Shown piece after piece: positions 1 through 7,664 of a DNA stretch of 45,899 nt. The DNA is taken from contig JBHLQH010000030.1 in assembly GCA_048884965.1 (NCBI GenBank), positions 1 through 45,899 on the forward strand, written 5' to 3'. Below the pieces are notes generated by a model that did not search any database, was not told the origin of the DNA, and worked only from the letters and a program-made list of their open reading frames with translations. Every line of letters starts with the position of its first letter. The stretch's first letter is position 1. This DNA is from Candidatus Thorarchaeota archaeon (GTDB lineage Archaea; Asgardarchaeota; Thorarchaeia; Thorarchaeales; Thorarchaeaceae). A program made the translations under genes and the position numbers.

Positions 1-20
1 CAGAGGAGGGTTCCTAATCC

Positions 21-740
21 GTGGGTATGCGAGAGAAGCGCAGAGAGAAAAAGAGCAAGGCAAAAGCTGAAGACGAGCCAGCATCAACCGAAGATGAGAA
101 GACGCATGTTATCGAACAAGAGCGTAGGATACACAAACCGGATGTTGTCATCATCGAATCTGAAGATGAAAAGCTAGAAACCACAGAGACACTGGAAGAA
201 ATAATCGTAGAGGACGTTGTCGTTCCAGAGTCGAGAGTCTTACTACCCCAATGGGGGAATATCACTGACTCCGAGTGGATGTATGCGATACCCTCTCGCG
301 ACGATGATAGGAGAATGTGGGCTGAAGAGTGGGGGGATTTCTTACTCGAATGGGCGCAGGCTAATTCCGTACACGTTTTCTCCTTGTCCACATTTCTCAA
401 GGAAACTCCATTCAATGACCTTTCGGGGAAGGTCGATGCTTTTCGACTTATTGGGCAAACACTGGTGGATAAAGAGGTTGCAGATTGGTTGGATAGAGGG
501 CGAAGACAGATTCGAATATATTGGAGGCCATTGGAGGATTGGGCTGACATAGTATACGAATGGGCCATAAAGACAGGAACCACTCTTCTGGATCTAAAAT
601 CCATCATCATCCAAGAAGCAGACGAGGATTTCGCCAAGCTTCCTGAACGAGACATCGCCGTTGTACTCTCATTGATTGTAGAAAGGGAGCTTGCGGTATG
701 GGTGGATAGAAAGAAGCATGCGATAAAGATAGAGCACTGA
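21..740 (+). CDS. vps25: ESCRT-II subunit Vps25-like protein with charged N-terminal extension
   Basis: Tandem winged-helix pattern typical of Vps25: 'WAEEWGDFLLEW', 'IYWRPLEDWADIVYEW', 'LSLIVERELAVW'. GGAGG upstream; alternative ATG at 27. Confidence 0.85.
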   Translation: MGMREKRREKKSKAKAEDEPASTEDEKTHVIEQERRIHKPDVVIIESEDEKLETTETLEEIIVEDVVVPESRVLLPQWGNITDSEWMYAIPSRDDDRRMWAEEWGDFLLEWAQANSVHVFSLSTFLKETPFNDLSGKVDAFRLIGQTLVDKEVADWLDRGRRQIRIYWRPLEDWADIVYEWAIKTGTTLLDLKSIIIQEADEDFAKLPERDIAVVLSLIVERELAVWVDRKKHAIKIEH

Positions 741-747
741 CAATGGC

Positions 748-1530
748 CTAGGAACTATCCAAGAACTCTCGGGACTGATTTCCATTTCCTTCATTCTCTT
801 GTGGATTGCGAGCCCTTAGTCCAGGGAAGTAATACCTTCCACCAGTACTGAATCTGATATCAGCTACAGCCATGCCAACATCGACCAAGCTGGTAAGTAC
901 TTGCCGCGCTTGCTCTTCGGACCACTTGAAACGCAACATGAGTTCTTCAACAGAGGTGTAGCCTTTCATTGCCGCTAGGTTGACTACATCGGATTGGTCG
1001 CGCCGCAATTCAAGAGGTCGCAATTCAACAACTTTCACGCCACCACGTAATGTTCGAATGCCAGGGATGAGTCCGTGTTCAGCAACTCTGTTGACGGCCT
1101 CGATCACATCATTATAGCTTACGGACCGGAATTGAGGCACCCGTTTCACAACCTCAACGATGAGTTCAGCAAGACCCATTATTCCCTTTGATGCGTGAAT
1201 CGTTGCGATATCCAAAACTGCCAATCCAAGTTGATCATAATACTCATCCAGAGTCAATCCATTCAACGATTGCTGAGGTTGACGTTCGAAGAGATTGAGT
1301 AATGTAGAGGCATCAGGAAACCTGTCAACAATACGCTCTCCATTGATGAACGAAGCAATATCCATACCCATGCGGCGAAGATTCTCAATCTGTACTCGTA
1401 CCTCTTGGACTAAAGCTTCTGACTCTCTGCGATAGGACCCAACTTCGACGGCACCTAAGTCGTACATCTTCTTGAGCTGGTCCAGTGTTGCAATCGATGC
1501 GTAAAGTTCAGATTGTATGTTCTCGTACAT
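748..1530 (-). CDS. Vps28 N-terminal-like domain fused to EAP30 (Vps22/Vps36) ESCRT-II domain
   Basis: The C-terminal part 'YYDQLGLAVLDI...GIMGLAEL...DVIEAV...ELRRDQSDVVNLA...GYTSVEEL...W...A..VL..LV..G....D....YYFPGL' is the EAP30 pattern. The N-terminal part 'YENIQSELYASIATLDQLKKMY...SY...LV...IASF...FPDA' matches the Vps28 core. Start moved to ATG 1530 (the track's 1686 runs into the divergent promoter). Confidence 0.8.
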   Translation of the reverse strand: MYENIQSELYASIATLDQLKKMYDLGAVEVGSYRRESEALVQEVRVQIENLRRMGMDIASFINGERIVDRFPDASTLLNLFERQPQQSLNGLTLDEYYDQLGLAVLDIATIHASKGIMGLAELIVEVVKRVPQFRSVSYNDVIEAVNRVAEHGLIPGIRTLRGGVKVVELRPLELRRDQSDVVNLAAMKGYTSVEELMLRFKWSEEQARQVLTSLVDVGMAVADIRFSTGGRYYFPGLRARNPQENEGNGNQSREFLDSS

Positions 1531-1691
1531 TTGCCGCAAACCCTTCAAAGGTGTATAGATACCACTGACTGGCAAGTAAAAGGACTCAGATTCTCCTTTA
1601 AGAGAGAGTATTATGAGGCATATACATTGCAAACAAAAGGACCTCATAGAACATTGCTGAACCTTATATCCGTACTTTTTCAACATGACAT

Positions 1692-2030
1692 ATGAACGAA
1701 GGAATTATGGTTGTAACCCTACCACATTTACCAGGTTATCGCGTCGTGAGGATAATAGGAATCGTCCATGGATTAACAGTAAGAACTCGAGGTGTAGGCG
1801 GTAAGCTTTCTGCCAGCATTTCAGGAATATTCGGGGGCGAAGTACACTCCTACACAGAGGAATGTGAGAGGTCCAAAGCTGAGGCGTTAATGCGACTGAG
1901 AGAGAATGCGCAACAGATGGGAGCCAACGCAGTCATTGGTGCGGACTTTGAAACAAGTGATATCCTCGCTGGGACTGCCACCGTTTTTTCAGCCTACGGA
2001 ACTGCAGTAATAGTAGAAACTGATCAGTAG
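1692..2030 (+). CDS. YbjQ/UPF0145 family protein
   Basis: 'GGEVHSYT...EALMRLRENAQQMGANAVIG..F......AYGTAV' family signature. Confidence 0.9.
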   Translation: MNEGIMVVTLPHLPGYRVVRIIGIVHGLTVRTRGVGGKLSASISGIFGGEVHSYTEECERSKAEALMRLRENAQQMGANAVIGADFETSDILAGTATVFSAYGTAVIVETDQ

Positions 2031-2225
2031 AACTCATTGTGAGGTCTTTGAGTCCTAGTAGAGACAACATCCATCCAAAGATGGAGTAGCTATTCAAAAT
2101 GAATTCTCGATGGTTCCGGACTTGTTGAATTCATTGTTTCATCCTATTCACAGAGATGAACTAGTACAATCCTTCTCTAAAGTTAACCCTTAAATCAACT
2201 CAAGCACATACTATTCTTGACGAAA

Positions 2226-2369
2226 ATGTCACGAGGTTATTGCACATTCCCGAATTGGCTCCACATTAGTGGAAACTAATTCGAGATGCTCTCCTCGTGA
2301 TGTCTGCTGTTTCTTGGTGTGGTCCTCACGGGGAGAGGACCTCAGGATTGTGTGAACCTCATAGGAGGT
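2226..2369 (+). promoter_or_regulatory. Structured 5' leader or candidate ncRNA upstream of a small ORF
   Basis: 78-nt hairpin 2226-2303, hairpin 2321-2341, SD-sequestering hairpin 2356-2369, and TATA-like CTTAAAT at 2189-2195. Confidence 0.5.
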
Positions 2370-2378
2370 AAATGAAAA

Positions 2379-2573
2379 ATGTCAGGTCATGCTTCTTCGA
2401 AACGAAGACGTAAAGTAAAACGTGAAATGATTAAAGACGAGATAAGGTGTTGTGTGGATGCCTTTGGGGATTATATTGACATCGCAGAGAGAAGGAACCG
2501 TTTTACTAGTCAGAAGTATAATCGACCGACAAAGAGCCATGGAGAAACATTAAATCCATGGCGAACTGAATGA
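2379..2573 (+). CDS. Small basic hypothetical protein (64 aa)
   Basis: Strong SD GGAGGT about 9 nt upstream, terminator hairpin downstream, KRRRK-rich N-terminus. Confidence 0.6.
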   Translation: MSGHASSKRRRKVKREMIKDEIRCCVDAFGDYIDIAERRNRFTSQKYNRPTKSHGETLNPWRTE

Positions 2574-2590
2574 GATAAAATACCGAAAAG

Positions 2591-2627
2591 TGAGTGCCTA
2601 TTGCAGGCACTCAAAACTTTGCTTTTC
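2591..2627. terminator. Hairpin terminator, probably bidirectional, between the small ORF and aspS
   Basis: TGAGTGCCT-attgc-AGGCACTCA 9-bp stem flanked by A-rich and T-rich tracts. Confidence 0.65.
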
Positions 2628-2628
2628 C

Positions 2629-3987
2629 TTAAGGTGTGATCCTATCTCGGTCACGAGGCAATAGCGTTGCTTCTCTGATATTATCAATTCCAAGGAGCTG
2701 CATTGTCAATCGTTCAACACCGAGACCTAGTCCACCATGTGGGGGGGCTCCATACTTGAATGGGTCAAGATAGAAAGTGAATGCCTCAGGATCAAATCCC
2801 TTCGCCTTGAATCTTTCAACTAGTAAATCATAGATGTGTATTCTTTGCCCACCCGTAGTGATCTCCATACCTTTGTATGTCAAGTCGAAGCTCTCTGTCA
2901 TTCCTTCGTCTGTCAAGCTAGGCATCGTGTAGGCAGGTCTCAATTCAAGGGGGTAGTGCGTTAGAAAGACCATATCAGTGCCGAATTTCTGAGGAAATAT
3001 CTCACCAAGCAGCTTCTCACTCTCTGGGTCGATGTCATCATTGACTGAGAGCTCTTTCCCTTCAGCATTCAATAGGTCAATGGCTTCAGCGTATTTGACC
3101 CGTTTGAAGGGAAGTTTTGGAACAACCAAATCAACACCCAGAAGTTCCAATTCAGGTGCTACATGTTCCTTTGTTTTCTTGAATGAATGATGGAGCATTT
3201 GCTCTTCCATTTTCATGACATCTTCGACACCACTAATCCAAGCCATCTCGAAGTCAAATGAGGTGTACTCGTTGATGTGACGTCGGGTGTTATGCTTCTC
3301 TGCCCTAAATACTGGAGCTATCTCAAAGACTCGTCCAAATCCAGCTAGTAACATAAGTTGCTTGTAAAACTGGGGGCTCTGTGCGAGGTATGCTTTCCGA
3401 TCGAAGTACTTTATCTCAAAGAGGTTTGCCCCTCCTTCAGTAGCTTCAGCAACTATCTTGGGGGTATGAATTTCCACAAAATTATTTTGCTCAAGATATT
3501 CTCTTGCAAAGCGTACGAGAGAGTGTTGGATCTTGAAGACTGCATTGATGGTTGGCTTTCGAAGATCAAGTATTCGATAGTTTAACCTAGTATCGAGATC
3601 GATATCCACCTTGCCTTCAACAACGTCAATAGGAAGACGATCAGAAGTATTGATGATTCGAATTTTCGTAGGAATGACCTCAGCACCCGACTCGAGCTGT
3701 GAAGTTGCAACGACTTTTCCATGGATCGCCACAGCCATTTCAGGTTTCAAAAGTCCAGCTACCTCAAAGGCATCCTCTGGTACCTTCTTTTGAGGGAGTG
3801 TGACCTGGACGGTTCCACGTTCATCACGAAGAATCAGGAACTTTATCTTGCCCTTATCTCGAAGGATGTGAACCCAGCCCAAAAGGACCACTTCTGAATC
3901 CACTAAGGATGAATTGATATCGCTACTGAAGTGCGTACGTTGTTCGTCGCCAATAGGTACAATGCCTGCTTTCTCGTAGAAGTTCAT
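2629..3987 (-). CDS. aspS: Aspartyl-tRNA synthetase, archaeal type, probably non-discriminating Asp/Asn
   Basis: OB-fold 'GWVHILRDKG', 'ATEGGANLF', 'LAQSPQFYKQ', 'FRAE', 'GAPPHGGLGLGVERL', 'PRDRDRITP'. SD GGTGA before ATG 3987 (alternative start 3999). Confidence 0.95.
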   Translation of the reverse strand: MNFYEKAGIVPIGDEQRTHFSSDINSSLVDSEVVLLGWVHILRDKGKIKFLILRDERGTVQVTLPQKKVPEDAFEVAGLLKPEMAVAIHGKVVATSQLESGAEVIPTKIRIINTSDRLPIDVVEGKVDIDLDTRLNYRILDLRKPTINAVFKIQHSLVRFAREYLEQNNFVEIHTPKIVAEATEGGANLFEIKYFDRKAYLAQSPQFYKQLMLLAGFGRVFEIAPVFRAEKHNTRRHINEYTSFDFEMAWISGVEDVMKMEEQMLHHSFKKTKEHVAPELELLGVDLVVPKLPFKRVKYAEAIDLLNAEGKELSVNDDIDPESEKLLGEIFPQKFGTDMVFLTHYPLELRPAYTMPSLTDEGMTESFDLTYKGMEITTGGQRIHIYDLLVERFKAKGFDPEAFTFYLDPFKYGAPPHGGLGLGVERLTMQLLGIDNIREATLLPRDRDRITP

Positions 3988-4148
3988 TGGACTCACCATC
4001 AGAACTGAGTTCTCTTACCGGATTCGTTGTATTATGAGGGTTTCGCAGCAGAAGAATTCATGTTTCATAGTGAAGTATCCAAGGCGTTGGATTGTGGGAG
4101 AGACCACTCTAAGATTAGGATCCTAGAGAGGTCTCCGCGTGCGCTTAG

Positions 4149-4400
4149 CTACATTGGAGCTGATGTCAGCACATAGATTCTCTCCCTAGCGTCATCCTCA
4201 TGTTCCTCTTCCTCAATTAGACCAAGGTCCTTCAGTCGACTAAGACCATAGTTGACTGTACGTGGAGGAAGAAATGTGCTGCTTATCAGATCCTGTCGGG
4301 ATATCCGACGTCGATTCTTAAGAAGCACGTAGAGAAACTTCGCAGAGGGAGGTAAAGCTAGGAATGATCGTTGGGCAAACGCGATCCCACCTGAATGTTG
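4149..4400 (-). CDS. Small archaeal winged-helix (MarR/TrmB-like) DNA-binding protein; start codon unresolved
   Basis: Not in the ORF track. The open frame reads ...FAQRSFLALPPSAKFLYVLLKNRRRISRQDLISSTFLPPRTVNYGLSRLKDLGLIEEEEHEDDARERIYVLTSAPM*, with the 'LPPSAK...LP.RTV.Y.L..L...GL.......DAR...Y' family pattern. Confidence 0.8.
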   Translation of the reverse strand, partial: QHSGGIAFAQRSFLALPPSAKFLYVLLKNRRRISRQDLISSTFLPPRTVNYGLSRLKDLGLIEEEEHEDDARERIYVLTSAPM

Positions 4401-4593
4401 TTACCATAGTACTATTTACCTCCATAAGTTTTGATTGGGTGAGCAGCTTTTACTGATAAGGATTCGCTTTCCTTCACTAACGCAAAGATACTCTGTAGAT
4501 TCATTGCGTTCTCCTGCATTCTTAAGTAACGTCTACTGAGATTATCCATTTAACAGGACAAAGAGAGAAGCAGCAATCGGGTTGGTGGAGAGG

Positions 4594-5562
4594 ATGGACC
4601 AGATAGACAAGAAAATGCTGGTAGTACTATGGGCGAATTGTAGAATCTCATTCAGAAAACTTGGGTCGATATTGGGACTTTCTGGACCGTCAGCAAAAAG
4701 AAGAGTCGATCGTTTGCTCGAGTCTGGTACAATCTATGACTTCTATGTAGTACTAAGTGAAGCCATGATAGATATGAAACGGGCCCTCGTCCTGGTCCGA
4801 ACAGCATCTTCAATCTCTGTAGAGAAAATAACTACAGCACTTGCAAGACATCAGGGGATTTTTCGAATCCTTTCATTGCTCAATGGTAATTTTCTAGTTG
4901 TTAGTATGTATCCAGAAGAAGAAGGATATCATAAGATGGAATCATTCATCAAGTCGCTGAATGGTGTGATAGATGTAAAATTCTTTCCAATATATCGCTC
5001 AGAGAACTGCGTACAAAAAGGACGAAAGGTCGCACTGACAGTAATTCAAAAGAAAGTATTGAGTTGCCTCGTTACTGATGCAAGGATTTCTAGTAATGAG
5101 ATAGCTAGACGGATAGGAGTGTCAACACGCAGAGTCGAAGATGCCATCGAACAGATGCAGAAGAATCGAAATGTAATATTCAGTGTCCGGTGGAAATCAA
5201 ATTTGGAACGTAGTATATCATTCATGCTCCGAATAACCTATGCAGGTTCGGAGATTGATGTGATGTCATTCAACGATTTCATTGCAAAGAAGTTTCCATC
5301 AGAGTTTTGGTATTCCTATCTCCCTGAAACTGAGTCTGTTATTTTCAGTGTTTTCTTAGTGGATAGCATATCTGATGCCTACAGAATCACTGAATTGGCC
5401 AAGGAGATGGACTTTGTTGAATCCGTTGAAACACTGATAAGTTACTCTGCAACGACTCTGGATCCACCTACAAGAGTGGAACTAATCAAATTACTTCAGC
5501 AAGATGGATTGCTACTTGATTATCCAATGAGATCCACATCGGAGATAGACCTCATTGTCTAG
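4594..5562 (+). CDS. Double-domain Lrp/AsnC family transcriptional regulator
   Basis: Two Lrp HTH units ('MDQIDKKML..L..NCRIS...LG..LGLS' and 'LT.IQKKVL..L..DARIS..EIARRIGVS'), each followed by a RAM-like domain. Confidence 0.85.
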   Translation: MDQIDKKMLVVLWANCRISFRKLGSILGLSGPSAKRRVDRLLESGTIYDFYVVLSEAMIDMKRALVLVRTASSISVEKITTALARHQGIFRILSLLNGNFLVVSMYPEEEGYHKMESFIKSLNGVIDVKFFPIYRSENCVQKGRKVALTVIQKKVLSCLVTDARISSNEIARRIGVSTRRVEDAIEQMQKNRNVIFSVRWKSNLERSISFMLRITYAGSEIDVMSFNDFIAKKFPSEFWYSYLPETESVIFSVFLVDSISDAYRITELAKEMDFVESVETLISYSATTLDPPTRVELIKLLQQDGLLLDYPMRSTSEIDLIV

Positions 5563-5678
5563 CATCATTGAATGGAAGCCGTGATTCTCAAATTGGTAAC
5601 ATGAACGTTAGCTTACTACGAAACGCCGTCTTATATTACATTCACAGTGAGGATTTCACAATAAGGTGTGATAATCTG

Positions 5679-7301
5679 ATGTTCGCTAGGAAACTAACAT
5701 TGATTTTCCTCTTCTTGTCACTGATGCTTATCTCACAACCAACTTGCGTTCATTTCAATGAACGATTTGATTCGGAATCTGCTAGAATCAATGCTCTCTC
5801 AGCAAATTCTGATTTTGGCACCTACTTTGGAGGTTTGGGATCAGAGGAATCCACACGGATTACTACAGACAGTGAAGACAATATTATCCTAAAATTGGTT
5901 ACGACATCTGAGGATTTACCAACATCAAGTACTGCCTTTCAGCAAGATTATGCAGGAGGGACCAATGATGGGTTTATAGCTAAATTTTCTCCGGATGGAA
6001 CCTTGGTGTTCTCAACCTATCTTGGAGGTTCGAGCACTGACCACATCGTACGAACAGTAGTTGATGATGATGATAATATCTACATCGTAGGATCTACCTA
6101 TAGCGAAGATTTCCCTATCACAGCAAATGCGCTTCAGTCTGAGAAACAAGGAAGCGAGGATGGCTATATCACTAAAATCTCATCTAATGGTACACTTCTC
6201 TATTCAAGCTATTTTGGTAGCGCGGGGATAGATCGTATCCAGCAAGTAATGCTTCATGAGGATGGTTCGATATATCTGGAGGGCTATACCTCATCAACTG
6301 GGCTTGCAACTGCTAATGCATATCAGACATCATGTGCAGGAGGTGCGGACTCATTTATCGCAAAGCTTAGCAATGACCTAGATGAAGTTTTGATGTTCAC
6401 ATATTATGGTGGTTCAGGTGAGGACTATGGTTGGCGAGTTGATATTGATTCGGAATACAATTTCATAATATGTGGGGAAACTCGATCAACCGACTTGCCA
6501 ACTACACCAGATGCGATATGCAGAACATACTCAGGGTCAACGGATGGGTTCTTTGCGAAAATTAGCAGTGATGGCAGCGAATTAGTCTATGCAACATATT
6601 TGGGAGGATCTTCGGTCGACTTTGGAGGTGGAGTTAATATTGACTCAAAGGATGACTTCTACATCACAGGCGTCGCTTCCTCAGAACTAGCAAATCTAGA
6701 TAGCACATACGAACCCCATCACGGAGGGATGGACTTTTTCGCAGCAAAATTCACGAAAGACTGTGAACTGATCTTTTTCAGGATGGTGGGGGGTAACAGA
6801 ACTGATTTGATGTGGGATGCACTACTAGACCTTGATGAGAACATCATTATCGTAGGTTCGACATTCTCCGATGATTATCCGATTGTCAATGCCGTTCAGG
6901 AAGAGCGTATGAATGGTAATGATGCATGCGTGACTGTCTTGTCATCTGATGGCGAAGATATCATACTTTCGACATACATAGGTGGATCGGCGAATGAGAA
7001 GGGAGAAGGAATTGCGATACAGTCTGATGGCTCAATACTGACTAGTGGATACTCGTCTAGTGATGACTTTCCTGTTAGTTCGAATGCATACCAATTGCAT
7101 CGAGTTGGCTCAAATGATGCGTTCCTTTATCGGATCGACCCAACAGGAACCATGCCGTCAATGACAGAAACCGTATCTACAATTACTGGACCTTCTGATT
7201 CACTTCAGAATATTTACCCTATACAGATAGTAATCATCTCGGGGGGAAGTATCGCAGTAGTCATTTCAGGTTGGTTTTTGATGAAACGCAGAGGAAAATA
7301 G
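5679..7301 (+). CDS. SBBP beta-propeller repeat cell-surface protein with C-terminal TM anchor
   Basis: Signal peptide, about 8 repeats of 'STYLGGS..D...D..DNIYIVGST.S.DFP.T..A.Q....G..DGFIAK', S/T linker, TM helix and KRRGK tail. Confidence 0.9.
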   Translation: MFARKLTLIFLFLSLMLISQPTCVHFNERFDSESARINALSANSDFGTYFGGLGSEESTRITTDSEDNIILKLVTTSEDLPTSSTAFQQDYAGGTNDGFIAKFSPDGTLVFSTYLGGSSTDHIVRTVVDDDDNIYIVGSTYSEDFPITANALQSEKQGSEDGYITKISSNGTLLYSSYFGSAGIDRIQQVMLHEDGSIYLEGYTSSTGLATANAYQTSCAGGADSFIAKLSNDLDEVLMFTYYGGSGEDYGWRVDIDSEYNFIICGETRSTDLPTTPDAICRTYSGSTDGFFAKISSDGSELVYATYLGGSSVDFGGGVNIDSKDDFYITGVASSELANLDSTYEPHHGGMDFFAAKFTKDCELIFFRMVGGNRTDLMWDALLDLDENIIIVGSTFSDDYPIVNAVQEERMNGNDACVTVLSSDGEDIILSTYIGGSANEKGEGIAIQSDGSILTSGYSSSDDFPVSSNAYQLHRVGSNDAFLYRIDPTGTMPSMTETVSTITGPSDSLQNIYPIQIVIISGGSIAVVISGWFLMKRRGK

Positions 7302-7350
7302 TATGCGAATTCAGAAGTGATGAACGGTACTAGCATTGCTGGGTGAATGA

Positions 7351-7660
7351 ATGCCATTCAGTCTGGAGATTCTGGATATCAAAGGCTATGAAGGAAAAGA
7401 CATCCATACCAGTTTTCTGAAACAGAAGGGTGTGGTTGACACCTCTTCTGAAACATCGTGGAGAATCATTTGTTGTCATTGGTACTGAGGATACACACTA
7501 CGATGATGAGATTGTAGCAAGGGTTGCTGAGGAAGGTAATTGTGAGGTATACGCAGTTCAGAGGGGGAATCACTCTCTTGATATTCCAACTGGACTTGTG
7601 GAGTCAATGAGGACATTGACTGATATCATGAGCGAGATGCGGAATTTCATCACGAAGTAG
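7351..7660 (+). pseudogene. Internally deleted alpha/beta-hydrolase remnant
   Basis: ATG 7351 gives MPFSLEILDIKGYEGKDIHTSFLKQK. The C-terminal hydrolase part (WLTPLL..VVIGTED.HYD...GNHSL) lies in another frame from about 7430, and the nucleophile region is missing. Confidence 0.6.
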
Positions 7661-7664
7661 TCAT

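Noticed and set aside
14-655. 213-aa antisense ORF, and the many other shadow ORFs in the track (e.g. 10562-11020, 18049-18507, 24339-24833, 26561-27067, 39520-39708, 39884-40093)
   Set aside because: They overlap well-supported genes or tRNAs on the other strand or frame, have Ser-rich or non-protein-like composition, and show no motifs.
5800-7140. Periodic repeats in the DNA
   Set aside because: These are protein-level SBBP propeller repeats, not a nucleotide array.
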